NCBI GenBank assembly: GCA_028826165.1
Contig: JAPDFW010000063.1
Location: forward strand, 1,178,001 to 1,242,000
DNA length: 64,000 bases
Direction of reading: 5' to 3'
DNA from: Anaeramoeba ignava BMAN
Lineage: Eukaryota > Protista > Anaeramoebae
Shown here in pieces: positions 1-12,286 of this stretch. A program made the position numbers and the translations under genes. The notes under the pieces were generated by a model, which was not told where the DNA came from, ran no database searches, and saw only the letters and a program-made list of their open reading frames with translations. Position 1 is the first letter of the stretch, and every line of letters begins with the position of its first letter.

Positions 1-1779
1 AAGGATAATAACAATAACAATAACAATAACAATAACAATAACAATAACGATAACAATAATAATAACCAAATTGAAAATGCAAATCAAAATGAAAATGAAA
101 ATGAAATGAAAAATTTAGAAAAAAAAGTAACAAAAAATTTAATTAAAAATTATTCAAATCTTTTAAATGGAAATTCATTTAAAGATTTTTCAATTTTTGT
201 TGAGAATAAATCAAATCCTTTTGAAATTAAAGTTCATAAATCAATTTTATCTTCAAGATCTCCTTTTTTTAATGAGTTATTAAAAGAGAAAAATCATCTT
301 AATTCTATTTCTTTAAATCAATTTAATAAAAAAGAAATGGAATCAATTTTGAGTTATATTTATTATGGAAATATTTCTTTTGAGAATCAAGAAAATCTTA
401 TTCAATTATTGGAAATTTCAATTTATTTTAAATTAAATTTATTGAAAGAAATTATTCAAAAAAAAATTTCAAATTCAATTAATTATTCAAATTTTTTCCA
501 ATTTTTATTCCAAAATCGAAATTTAAATTCAAATGAAATTGAAATAAAATGTTTTGAATTAATAAATCAAAATTTTTCCCAAATTCAGAATAATGAGAAT
601 TTATTCAATTTAACTAAAGAAGAAATTATCAAATTTATTCAATTTAAACAAGAAAAAAAAGAAATTTTTCAATTTGATTTTTTTCAATTTTTAAATAATT
701 GGATTAAAAAAAGAAATAAATCATTAAAATTAAAGAAATATGAACACAAAATGAATGAAAAGAAAAGATTATTTCATTCTTTTTTTTCATTATTTGATAA
801 AGATTCAATTTCAAAACAAGATTTTGATAAATTAAAACAATTTGATTTTTTTCTTCCAAATTCTTTCTTAATTCATTTTGAAAGAACTATTTTTGAAATT
901 CAAGATCAAGAAAAAGAAACAAAAATCAAAGAAAAAGAAAAGAAAATTAAAAGAAGAGATAAAAGAATTAAATCATTTCAATCAGAAAACCAAAATTTGA
1001 AATCTGAAAATAAGAAGAAAGAAAAGGAAATTGAAGAGAAATGGAAGAAAGAAATTGAAGATAAAAACAAAGAAATTGAAGATAAAGAGAAAGAAAATCA
1101 ACAAATGAAAATTGAAATTGAAGATAAAAACAAAGAAGTTGAGAAAATGAAACCTGTTTTTGATGAATATGAAAAAGAATTTGAAGAAATCCAAAAGAAA
1201 TTAGAACCAATCAAAAAGAATTTTCCTCAATTTTCAGAAACAAGAATTATTAAAGATATTGAATATGTTAAGAAATTACAAGAATGGATAAATGATAATG
1301 ATTTTTTTTCTAAAATGAAAAAAGGATTTTCAGCAAAAAGAGATGGATTTAATTCTCAAAATTGGCATAAAGCAGTTGATGGGAAAGGAAAAACATTAGT
1401 TATTATCAAAACAAAACAAAATTTTATTTTTGGAGGTTTTACTCAAGTTGGATGGAATAGAGGTACAAGATGGAGTAAAGACTCAAATGCATTTATTTTT
1501 TCATTAAGAAATGATAAAGGAGATAGAATACCTGCAAAGTTTACAATTAAAAAAGGTCAAGAACAATGGGCAATTTATTCTGATTTAAGTTATGGTCCAA
1601 TATTTGGTGATGGAAGTGATATTTATTTAGTTTCTAATTTACAATCTGGTTATTCAAATTTTGGTTGTACTTATAATCTACCTAATGGAATTACTTATAA
1701 TACAGATTCAGGTAAAAGTTATTTAGCTGGTTCTTATAATAATTGGGTTGTTGATGAACTTGAAACTTATTTCATTTAA
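1..1779 (+). CDS. BTB/POZ - coiled-coil - TLDc domain protein, copy 1 (frame open from base 1; true start probably just upstream of the window)
   Basis: BTB motif DFSIFV..EIKVHKSILSSRSPFF..ILSYIYYG; TLDc motifs FSAKRDGF..WHKAVDGKGKTLVIIKT..FIFGGFT..AFIFSL..YGPIFG..VDELETY. Frame 1 from base 1 reads KDNNN..QIENANQNENENEM, matching the MDNNN.. N-terminus of the paralogue at 58057. Confidence 0.85.
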   Translation, partial: KDNNNNNNNNNNNNNNDNNNNNQIENANQNENENEMKNLEKKVTKNLIKNYSNLLNGNSFKDFSIFVENKSNPFEIKVHKSILSSRSPFFNELLKEKNHLNSISLNQFNKKEMESILSYIYYGNISFENQENLIQLLEISIYFKLNLLKEIIQKKISNSINYSNFFQFLFQNRNLNSNEIEIKCFELINQNFSQIQNNENLFNLTKEEIIKFIQFKQEKKEIFQFDFFQFLNNWIKKRNKSLKLKKYEHKMNEKKRLFHSFFSLFDKDSISKQDFDKLKQFDFFLPNSFLIHFERTIFEIQDQEKETKIKEKEKKIKRRDKRIKSFQSENQNLKSENKKKEKEIEEKWKKEIEDKNKEIEDKEKENQQMKIEIEDKNKEVEKMKPVFDEYEKEFEEIQKKLEPIKKNFPQFSETRIIKDIEYVKKLQEWINDNDFFSKMKKGFSAKRDGFNSQNWHKAVDGKGKTLVIIKTKQNFIFGGFTQVGWNRGTRWSKDSNAFIFSLRNDKGDRIPAKFTIKKGQEQWAIYSDLSYGPIFGDGSDIYLVSNLQSGYSNFGCTYNLPNGITYNTDSGKSYLAGSYNNWVVDELETYFI

Positions 1780-2559
1780 AAATTAATTAATAATAAGAAA
1801 ATCAAACTTTTTTTTTTTAATTTTTTTTTTCAAAATTTAATTCAATTTTAATTTACTTTTAATCAAATTAATTTCTTTAAAATAATAAATAAGAAACAAA
1901 TTTTAATTTTAAATAATTTAATTTTAATTTAAAATATTTATTAAAAATTTAATTAATAAAAATAATCCAAAAAAAAAAAATAATAAATTTTAAAAAATTG
2001 AATATTTTTAATATAATAAATAAAAATAAAAATTGAAAATAGAAATTAATAATAATTAAATTTAAATTCATTAATTAAAATATTAAAATAAAAAAAATCA
2101 AATAAAATTTATTATTAATTAATATTTAAATATTAATAAATTATAATCAAAATCAAAAATAGAATAATTAGTAAATTATTTTTTTAGAAAGTTTATCTTA
2201 TTCAATCATGTTAAATTCAATTTATTTAAAATTTTTTAATTTTTTAATTTTATTTTTAATATATTTTATTATAATTAAAATTGGAATAATAAATAATTAA
2301 AAATATTAATATAATAAATAAAAACATTATATCAAATTAAAAATAAAATAAATTTAAATTAAATTATTATTAAATATTATTAAAATTAAATATATATATT
2401 TATTAAAATATTTATTCCACTTTTTTTAATAAATTTTATTATAATTAAAATTGAATTAATAAATAATCAAAAATATTAATATAATAAATAAAAATATTAT
2501 ATTAAATTAAAATAAAATAAATTTAAATTAAATTATTATTAAATATTATTCAATTTTAT

Positions 2560-3180
2560 TAAATTATTGGGAATATATATTTTCAATTTTTTTTTTAATT
2601 ATTTATTCTTTTAAATAAATTAATTAAAATATTTTATATTAATTTAAATAAAGAAAAATTAATAAAAATGTTAATAAAAATATAAAATATTCAAATTTTA
2701 AATTTAATTATTTAATATTCTTTATTCCATTTTTGAAATAAATTAATTAAAATATTTTATTAATTTTATTAAATTATTGGAAATTATTTTATATTATTTT
2801 TAAATAAAGAAATATTAATAAAATATATAAAATATAATTAATTTTAAATTTAATTATTTAATATTCTTTATTCCATTTTTGAAATAAATTAATTAAAATA
2901 TTTTATTAATTTTATTAAATTATTGGGAATAATTTTATATTATTTTAAATAAAGAAAATTAATAAAATGTATAAAATATAATTAATTTTAAATTTAATTA
3001 TTTAATATTCTTTATTCCATTTTTGAAATAAATTAATTAAAATATTTTATTTATTTTATTAAATTATTGGGAATAATTTTATATTATTTTAAATAAAGAA
3101 ATATTAATAAAATATATAAAATATAATTAATTTTAAATTTAATTATTTAATATTCTTTATTCCATTTTTGAAATAAATTA
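2560..3180. repeat. ~145-bp AT-rich tandem array (about 4-5 units) downstream of BTB-TLDc copy 1
   Basis: Anchor TCTTTATTCCATTTTTGAAATAAATTAAT recurs at ~2719, 2865, 3009 and 3154. Confidence 0.8.
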
Positions 3181-3506
3181 ATGAAAAATATTTTATTATT
3201 GAAAGAAAAGAAAAACAATATAAATTTCCAAAATTAATATTAATAATGAGAAGTGAATTATATCGAGGAATGTTTTTATCTGTAACAGAAGATACTTCTA
3301 ATAAAGTTACAGATTATAGTGAATTAAGTAATAAATCATTTCAAATATTTGAATATTGGATTTACTCAAATCAAATTAAAGATGAAATTCAAATTACACA
3401 GGAAATAATTAATGAACTTGATAGGGGAATTGATTATTTTCAATTAAATCAAACAAATCCAAATTTATTTGATTTATTAATTAACAAATTTAATAATCAA
3501 AATTAA
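3181..3506 (+). pseudogene. 3'-terminal fragment (second BTB) of an RCC1-BTB-BTB gene
   Basis: FIIERKEKQYKFPKLILIMRSELYRGMF..NKFNNQN, nearly identical to the last ~100 codons of the paralogues; fused directly to the tandem array, with no 5' part. Confidence 0.85.
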
Positions 3507-3628
3507 AATTAAAATTAAAATCAAAATCAAAATTAAAATTCAAATTAAAATTAAAATTAAAATTAAAATTAAAATTAAAATTAAAATTAAATTCAAAAAT
3601 CATTTTTTTCATTTTTTTCTTTTCAAAA

Positions 3629-5415
3629 ATGAATGAAATTATAATTTTTGGAAGAAATGAATTACCAAAACTTTTCAAAAATGAACAAAAAAAAATAACA
3701 AAACCAATTCAATTTAAATTTGAAAATGAAAATGAAAATGAAAATGAAAATGAAAAACAAATTAAACAAATTTTTTCAGGTTATTCTGGAACATTTTTCT
3801 TTTTTGAAAATGGGAAACTAATACAATACTTGAAATATTTAGATTCAAATCAAAATATACAAATAATTGAAATTGAAATTGAAAATATTCAAAAAGTATT
3901 TCCTGGTGATAATAATGCAGCTATTTTAACAAAAGAAGGAAATGTATTTGCCAAAGGTGAAAATATCGATCGAAAACATCCAAATGAATTTATCAATATT
4001 TCATCATTAATTGAAGATATAAATGATAGAGTAATTGAAGATGCTCTTTGTACATCTTATTCAATTTACTTATTAACCTCAAATCAAAATGTTTATGGAA
4101 TTGGTGCGGCTCAATATGGTCAACTTGGTTTTGATTCTGAAACACTTAGAAAAACAGAAAAACCAATTTTAATGATGAAAAATGTTTCTAAAATATTTTC
4201 AGGAAGTTCTTCTTATCATGTTTTTCTTTTAAATTCAAATCAAGAATTATTTGCATGTGGTGATAATTACCATTCCAAACTTGGATTAGGAGAATCAAGA
4301 AAAGAAGAAAAAATCAAAAAATTAACCAAAATCCAAAATATTCCAAAAGGTAAAATAATTGATATTCAATCTGGATATACCTTTTCAATAATGTTGATTG
4401 AAAATGAAAATCAAAATGAAAATCCAAAAAGAAAACTTTATTCATGTGGATATTATCAATATAATGGACTTGGCAAAAATCAAGATACTTATGAATTTAC
4501 TGAAATCAAATCATCTTTATTTGAAAATGATAATATTCTTGATTTTTCTGTTGGAAATGCACATACTTTGATTTTAACTTCCAAAAAGAAATTAATAACA
4601 TTTGGAAATAATGAATTTGGTCAATTAGGAACTGGAAATACAAAAAATCAAAAACTCCAATTCAAATTGAATTTCCTAAATTAAGATTTAATGAAAATAT
4701 TTCCAATTATCACGTTCTTTGTAGAAATGAAAAATCATTTCTTTATTATTCTCCTTTTCTTTCTCCTTTTTCCAATCTTGAAGAAGATTTGATAAAACTA
4801 TTTGAAAGAAAAGAATTTTGTGATATTTCATTTAAAACAGAAAATGGAGAAATAATCAAAGCTCATAAATTAATATTGAAATATAGATTAAATCAAAATC
4901 AAAATGAAAATCAAATTGAAAAACTTCAAGAAATTATTTCAAAAAAATCAATTAAAGAATCAAATCAAATATTTGAAATGATTTATTCAAACAGAATAAT
5001 AAATCCAAAATTATATTCTGAAATTAAAAAAATTATAAATTCAAATGAAAAAATTGAAGAAACAATGAAAAGAATTTATTTAAATGAAAATGAAAATGAA
5101 AAAGATTTTATAATCGAAAGAAAAGAAAAACAATATAAATTTCCAAAATTAATATTAATAATGAGAAGTGAATTATATCGAGGAATGTTTTTATCTGTAA
5201 CTGAAGATAAATCAAATAAAGTTACAGATTATAGTGAATTAAGTAATAAATCATTTCAAATATTTGAATATTGGATTTATTCAAATCAAATTAAAGAAGG
5301 AATTCAAATTACAAAAGAAATAATTGATGAATTAGAAACTGGAATTGATTATTTTCAATTAAATCAAACAAATCCAAATTTATTTGATTTATTAATTAAA
5401 AAATTTAAAAATTAA
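3629..5415 (+). CDS. RCC1-repeat beta-propeller - BTB - BTB protein, copy A (one frameshift at ~4650 in an A run)
   Basis: RCC1 motifs (GIG..QYGQLG, VGNAHTLILT, FGNNEFGQLGTG) followed by BTB motifs (FCDISF..AHKLILKYR; LILIMRSELYRGMF). ORFs 3629-4684 and 4789-5415 join if one A is restored in CAAAAACTCC (paralogues have A6). Confidence 0.8.
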
Positions 5416-5548
5416 AATTAACTCAAAAACCAAATCAAAAAAAAATTCCTTTTTTCTTTTTAATTACGTCATCAATTAAATAAAAACAAAAATTTTTTTT
5501 CATTTTTTTTCATTTTTTTTCATTTTTTTTTTGTTATTAATTGTTAAA

Positions 5549-7722
5549 ATGAGTTTAATTTCACCAAATCTTACACCATCTGAAAATTTCTTTTTAAACA
5601 AATTAATGAAGAATCCAAAACATGATCCACTTGATAATTCAACAGAAAGTTTAATCACAATTCCCTCAACACGAATAAATGAGCAACCAACAATAAAAAA
5701 AATAGAAAACAAAAATCACAATTACAATTTGAATTACAATTACAATTTGAATGGAAATTATAATAATAATGGTTATAATAATGATAATACTGAAAATTAC
5801 GAAAACTTTGAAAATATTCAAAACGAATCAAACGACGATCCAAAAAACCAAAGCAAATCTTTTGAGTTTCAATTAAAAAAACAAAACAAACTGACAATTG
5901 AAGAAATTGAAAAGAAAATTGCATATTATCAAATATTCAAAATTTACAATCAAATTTCATCAGAAGTCAATCGAATACCATCAAATAATAAATTTACACA
6001 GCAATTTTCGCAATATCGCGATAGCCTTGTTTATCCCTTTTGGAAATCTGGGTGGGAGTATTCTCACACAGATAACACTGTTCGATTGCATGCGGAGATT
6101 CTTGATTTTTATGAGAAAATTAAACCAACACCTCAAGATCAAGCAACACGCGAAAATGTTTTTGCAAGAATTTCCAAAATTATCAGGCAAAAATGGCCCG
6201 AATGTCGCATTCAAGTTTATGGTTCTTTTGGAAACGGCATGTATCTTCCCAACTCAGATATCGATATCACCGTTTTAGTGTCTTCCACTTATTCAAATGT
6301 GCAGTTGATCAAGCAATTAAGGAAATTTTTGGATCGCAAACAGCCTCATGAATGGAAAGTTAAACAAGTCATTCAATTTGCAAGAGTTCCCATCATCAAG
6401 ATTCTTGATCGCAAAACAAACATACCTCTTGATATTTCGTTCAATTCAGATAATACATCAGAAAGTGTAGCTTTAACGAGAAATTTTGCATTGCAATTTC
6501 CGCCTTTGAAGCCTTTATTATTAGTTGTCAAAAGGTTTGAATTAAATTTTTGAATTAAAATTTTTGAATTAAAATTTTTGAATTAAATTTTTGAATTAAA
6601 TTTTTGAATTAAATTTTTTTACTTTTTAGATTCTTGCAGATTTTTAAATTAAACGAGCCATTTCATGGAGGAATTGGTTCTTATCCTCTTTCTTTAATGC
6701 TTATTTCTCATTTCCAAATGCATTCATGTGCAAATGAAAATCCCAAATTGGCCAATTTAGGAGAATTATTGATTGATTTTTTTGCTCTTTTTGGAAATTT
6801 CAATTATATTACAACAGGAATATCAGTTTCAAAAGATGGATCATATTTTCCCAAAAAAGAAATGGGAGTTTTTGATGAAAAAAACCCAACAATTCCTTTC
6901 ATTAGTGATCCACTTAATCCTTCCCAAAATGCAGCAAGAAGTACATATGCTATTGAGGACTGTATTAATGCTTTTCGAAAAGCTTATAAATTATTAAACA
7001 ATGGACATGGATTGCAATCAATTTTAATTGAAAATGGAGAGAATTTTACAAAAATTAACCCTAAAAAATCTCAATCAAAAAAGAACAAAATGAAATCCAT
7101 GAAAAGCAAACAATTTTTGAAAGAATCGCATGAAAAAACGAGTCCAAAAGGGAATTCTCAAATGAGAAAAAATTTCATTAAAGATTCAATTAAAAATTCA
7201 ATTAAAAAATCAATTAAAGATTCAATTAAAAATTCAATTAAAGATTCAATTCAAAAGATCCAATTCAAAATCCAATTAAAAATCCAATTCAAAAATTCAA
7301 TTAAAAATCCAATTAAAAATCCAATTCAAAATCCAATTCAAAATCCAATTCAAAATTCAAATCAAAATTCAAATCAAATTCAAACAAGAAAAAAAAGAAA
7401 ATCCATTTTTGATTTGGAAGAAGAACTTAAAAATGATTCAAAATTCTCAAAAACAAAGAAAAAACCCCAAAATCAAAATTCTCAAGATTTAATTTTCCAA
7501 ATTCTTGGTTTTGAAAAAAAAAATAATTCTCAAAACAAAAAAAAATCAAAAAATCAAATCAAATCAAATCATAAAGAAAAAAATACAAAAAAAAAATTTC
7601 AAAATGGAAACAATTCAAAACAAAAACCTTCCAAAAAAACAAATTTTAAAATTGTTGAGAATCTTTTTAGTCGAGTTGTTCATTCAATTAACAAAAAAAA
7701 ACCAAATCAAAAAAAAAAATAA
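5549..7722 (+). CDS. TRF4: Non-canonical poly(A) polymerase, TRF4/PAPD5 (TENT4) family; exons 5549-6534, 6630-7722
   Basis: LHAEILDFYEKIKPT, nucleotidyltransferase motif VYGSFGNGMYLPNSDIDI, ARVPIIK..LDISFN, LNEPFHGGIGSY, NLGELLIDFFALFG, SDPLNPSQNAARS. GT-AG intron 6535-6629 restores the frame. Confidence 0.9.
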
Positions 7723-7844
7723 TAAATAAAAAAAAATTTTTTTATTTCTTTATCCAAAAATAGAAATCAATAAAAAATAAAAAAATTTTTTTTTCATTTT
7801 TCATTTTTCATTTTTCTCTTTTCATTTTTTTTTCTTTAAATTAA

Positions 7845-10234
7845 ATGCAAACTGTAGAAATTCAAGCAACATTTGCATCACATTTAGATTTACAAATTAA
7901 TGAAGCAATTTTAACTAAATGGTTTGTTAAAATTGGTCAACAAATAAAAAAAGAAACTCCAGTTTGTGAATTTAAAATAGTTTCTGATAAACAAATATTT
8001 AATTCAATTATTCGGATTATTTATTCACCAGAAGAAGGAACTATTTTGGATTTACTTGCAAAAGTTGGAGATAAAATTGAATTAAAGTGTGTTTTTGAAT
8101 CTTTTATTATTTTCAATGAAAAATTTGATATTTTAAGAAAAAGAAACAAAGATTTATTCAATTTATTTTTTTTCTTTATTATTTCAATTCAGTAAAACAA
8201 TTGCAGTTATTAGAACTTGTTCTCATGAAGAAATATTTGGAAATATTTGTTGTCATTGTGGAAGTATTGTAAATGAAAAAGATTTACAAAAATCTAGAAA
8301 AGAGATGGTTTCAATGACTCATTCAGACCCTAGATTTATTATGAGCAAAGAAGTGATTATTTCCATCATTGATTTTAAAATTTCAATTCAAATTCAATAT
8401 TTAAAATTAAAACAACTCAAATATTAAAATTAAAAATTTCAAATTCAAATGAAAAATTAAATATTCAAATTAAAATTTAACTCTTTTTTTAGATTGCAGA
8501 TCAACGTTTAAATACAGTTATTCAAAGATTGCAATCCCAAAAAAAATTAGCATTAATTCTTGATCTTGATAATACATTAATTCACACAACAAACAAAATG
8601 GAAAAAACTGAAACATTAAATTATTCACCTTTAGAAGTTCATATCCTGAAAATTCCAGGACGTCAAGAATCATATGAAACATGTATTCGTCCAGGAATTC
8701 GAAATTTTCTCGAAAAAATAAATAGAATGTATGAACTTCATGTTTATACACTTGGTTCAAAACCTTATTCAAGAGAAATTGGGAAAATTTTAGATCCAAC
8801 AGGAAAACTTTTTCAAAATCGAATTTTATCACAAGAAGAATTTGGTGATCAAGAATTAGACAGAAAAAGTTTGAATAGACTATTTCCCAATCAGGATTCA
8901 ATGGTTTTAATTATTGATGATAGAGAGGATGTGTGGTTAGAAGATAATAAAATTGATATTTCCCCAAATTTGATTCGTGTTGTTCCTTTTCATATTTCAA
9001 GGAATTTAAGAATTGAAAATGATGATTCATTTTTACAAGCAAATAAAAGAAATCGAACAGCAAATAATCAAAATCAAAATCAAATTGAAAATCAAAATCA
9101 AGATGAAAATCAAAATCAAAATCAAAATCAAAATCAAATTGAAAATCAAAATCAAAATCAAAATCAAAATAAAAATAAAAATCAAAATCAAAATCAAAAT
9201 CAAATTGAAAATCAAATTCAAATTCAAATTGAAAATCAAATTCAAATTCAAAATCAAAATCAAAATCAAAATCAAAATAATAATGAAAATAATAATGAAA
9301 ATAATAATGAAAATAATAACTCAAAAAGAAAAACAAATAAGAAACGCAAAAAAAATGATCAAACTGATTTCTCAAGAATTTTTCAAAAGGAAAATAGATA
9401 CATAAACTCTTTATATGGTTTATTAAAAGATATTTACCATCAATTTTATTTAGAAAATATAAATGAAAATGCAAACTCTGATGTAAAAAATATTTTATCC
9501 AAAATTAAAAAAAGGGTTTTGGATGGATTACATTTAGTTTTTATTCAATCAAGGTGATTTGAATTTTATTATTATTTTTTTTTAAAACAAAATTCCTTAA
9601 ATATTTTGGGAAATTCATGGATTGATTTCTTGGAAAAACAAAAAAAATATTAGCAACAAAAAACCATCTCTCAATTTTCAAAGAATGATAGTCAAAGCAA
9701 AGGATTTTGGAGCTACAATTCATGAAAAAGTTAGCGAAAAAGTAACACATATAGTTGTCAATCATACAAAAGATGAACCAGAAATTTGTATTGAAATTCC
9801 TTGTGAACAAGGATTTGTAAATCATGAAAAACAAAAAATTGTATTGCTTGATTGGTAAATAAATTGAAATGGAAATAGAAATTAATAATACAAACGAATT
9901 ATGAAAAAAACATTTTGAAAAATTATTTTGTAGGTTTGAATATTCTTGTATGAGTTGGAAAAAACAAGAGGAAAATGATTATTTAATTGCAAATTTTAAA
10001 TATATTGTGGATTCTGATGATTCTATATCTGATTCCTCAATAGATAATGATTTATTAGATGATTCTTCTCTTTCTGATTCTTTGATTGATGATCCTTCTG
10101 TTGATGAAGATCTTTCGAGTTTTATTGCTGAAACTATTCAAATAATGCAAATGGAACAAAACAAAAATAATGTCTTAATAGAAAATAAAAATCAAGAGCA
10201 AAAAGAAAAAATAAAAAATTCAAATTTAAATTGA
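7845..10234 (+). CDS. FCP1: RNA polymerase II CTD phosphatase FCP1/CTDP1; exons 7845-8086, 8193-8352, 8493-9553, 9654-9854, 9934-10234
   Basis: N-terminal barrel-sandwich hybrid domain, CSHEEIFGNICCHCG, catalytic LILDLDNTLIH (DxDxT), IRPG..FLEKI..YELHVYT, MVLIIDDREDVW, C-terminal BRCT (KVTHIVV..LDWFEYS..W). All introns GT-AG and frame-consistent. Confidence 0.9.
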
Positions 10235-10345
10235 ATTTTGAATTTTGAATTTTTAATTGATTCCATCTCTTCATTTTCAATTTGAGAATTTATAAAATCA
10301 TTAAACAATCTTAATTTTGATTTTGATTTTAATTTTAATTTTAAT

Positions 10346-12162
10346 TTAAAAAATTAAACATTTTTCTTTTGAATTATTTTTTGAATTTTGATTATTAAAT
10401 TTGTTAATTAATAAATCAAATAAATTTGGATTTGTTTGATTTAATTGAAAATAATCAATTCCGATTTTAATTTCATTAATGATTTCTTTTGTAATTTGAA
10501 TTTCATCTTTAATTTGATTTGAATAAATCCAATATTCAAATATTTGAAATGATTTATTACTTAATTCACTATAATCTGTAACTTTATTAGATTTATCTTC
10601 AGTTACAGATAAAAACATTCCTCGATATAATTCACTTCTCATTATTAATATTAATTTAGGAAATTTATATTCTTTTTCTTTTCTTTCAATTATGAAATCT
10701 TTTTCATTTTCATTTTCATTTAAATAAATTCTTTTCATTGTTTCTTCTATTTTTTCATTGGAATTTATAATTTCTTTAATTTCAGAATATAATTTTGGAT
10801 TTATTTTGGAATTATTTGAATAAATCATTTCAAATATTTGATTTGATTCTTTAATTGATTTATTTGAAATAATTTCTTGAAGTTTTTCAATTTGATTTTG
10901 ATCTTTTAATCTATATTTTAATATTAATTTATGAGCTTTCAATTATTTCTCCATTTTTGGTTTTAAATGAAATATTGCAAAATTCTTTTCTTCTAAATAA
11001 TTTTATCAAATCTTCTTCAAGATTGGAAAAAGGAGAAAGAAAAGGAGAATAATAAATAAATGATTTTTCATTTCCACAAGAAATATGATAATTAGAAATA
11101 TTTTCATTAAATCTTAATTTAGGAAGTTCAATTTGAATTAGAGTTTTTTGATTTTTTGTCTTTCCAGTTCCTAATTGACCTGAATGATTATATCCAAATC
11201 CAATTAATTTCTTTTTAGAAGTTAAAATCAAAGTATGAGAATCTCCAACAGAAAAATCAAGAATATTATCATTTTCAAATAAAGATGATTTGATTTCAGT
11301 AAATTCATAACTATCTTTGTATTTGCCAAGACCATTATATTGATAAGCTCCACATGAATAAAGTTTTCTTTTTGGATTTTCATTTTGATTTTCATCTTCA
11401 TTTTCAATCAACATCACTGAATGAAAATATCCACATTGAATATCAATTATTTTACCTTTTGGAATATTTTGTATTTTGGTTAGTTTATAGACTTTTTTTT
11501 CTTTTTTTCTTGATTCTCCTAATCCAAGTTGGGCACAATAATTATCACCACATACAAATAATTCTTGATTTGAATTTAAAAGAAAAACATAAATTGAAGC
11601 AATTCCTGAAAATATTTTAGAAACATTTTTCATCATTAAAATTGGTTTTTCTGTTTCTTGGAGTGTTACGTAATCAAAACCAAGTTGACCAAATTGATTA
11701 TCACCAATTCCATAAGCATTTTGATTTGAAGTTAATAAATAAATTGAATCACCTCCAGAAACAATATCTTGGATTATTCTATCATTTGTATCTTCAATTA
11801 ATGATGAAATATTGATAAATTCACTTGGATTTTTTGGATTTATATTATTTCCTTTGGCAAATACATTTCCTTCTATTGTTAAAATAGCTTCATTTGTAGA
11901 ACCAATAGTTACTTTTTGAATATTTTCTTCAATTTGGATTTTTTCAGGTTTTTGATTTGAATATTCTTCATTTAAATATTCTATTGCTTTTCCATTTTCA
12001 AAAAGGAAAATTGTTGAAAATTCACTTGATGAAATTTGTTTAATTTGTTTTTCATTTTCATTTTCATTTTCAAATTTAAATTGAATTAATTTTTTTATTT
12101 TATTTGGTTTTTTTGATAAGTTTTGGATATTGATTTAAACCAAAAAATAAACAATCATTCAT
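10346..12162 (-). CDS. RCC1-BTB-BTB protein, copy B (frameshifts at ~12110 and ~10938; possible pseudogene or assembly error); C-terminal CaaX CLIF
   Basis: ATG at 12162 (MNDCLFFGLNQYPKLI..) aligns with copy F; both frameshifts lie in A runs; the rest is collinear with the paralogues. Confidence 0.75.
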
Positions 12163-12286
12163 TTTTGAAAAAGAAAAAAAATGAAAAAATGAATTTTGGA
12201 ATTTTAATTTTAATTTTAATTTTAATTTTAATTTTAATTTTAATTTTAATTTTAATTTTAATTTTAATTTTAATTTTAATTTTAAT

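Noticed and set aside
8911-9474. Antisense or alternate-frame ORFs rich in FD/IL/KI repeats (also 968-1210, 28789-28986, 33655-34206, 49330-49575, 58900-59226)
   Set aside because: Shadows of low-complexity QN/EK coding repeats or AATTTT satellites that lack stops in other frames.
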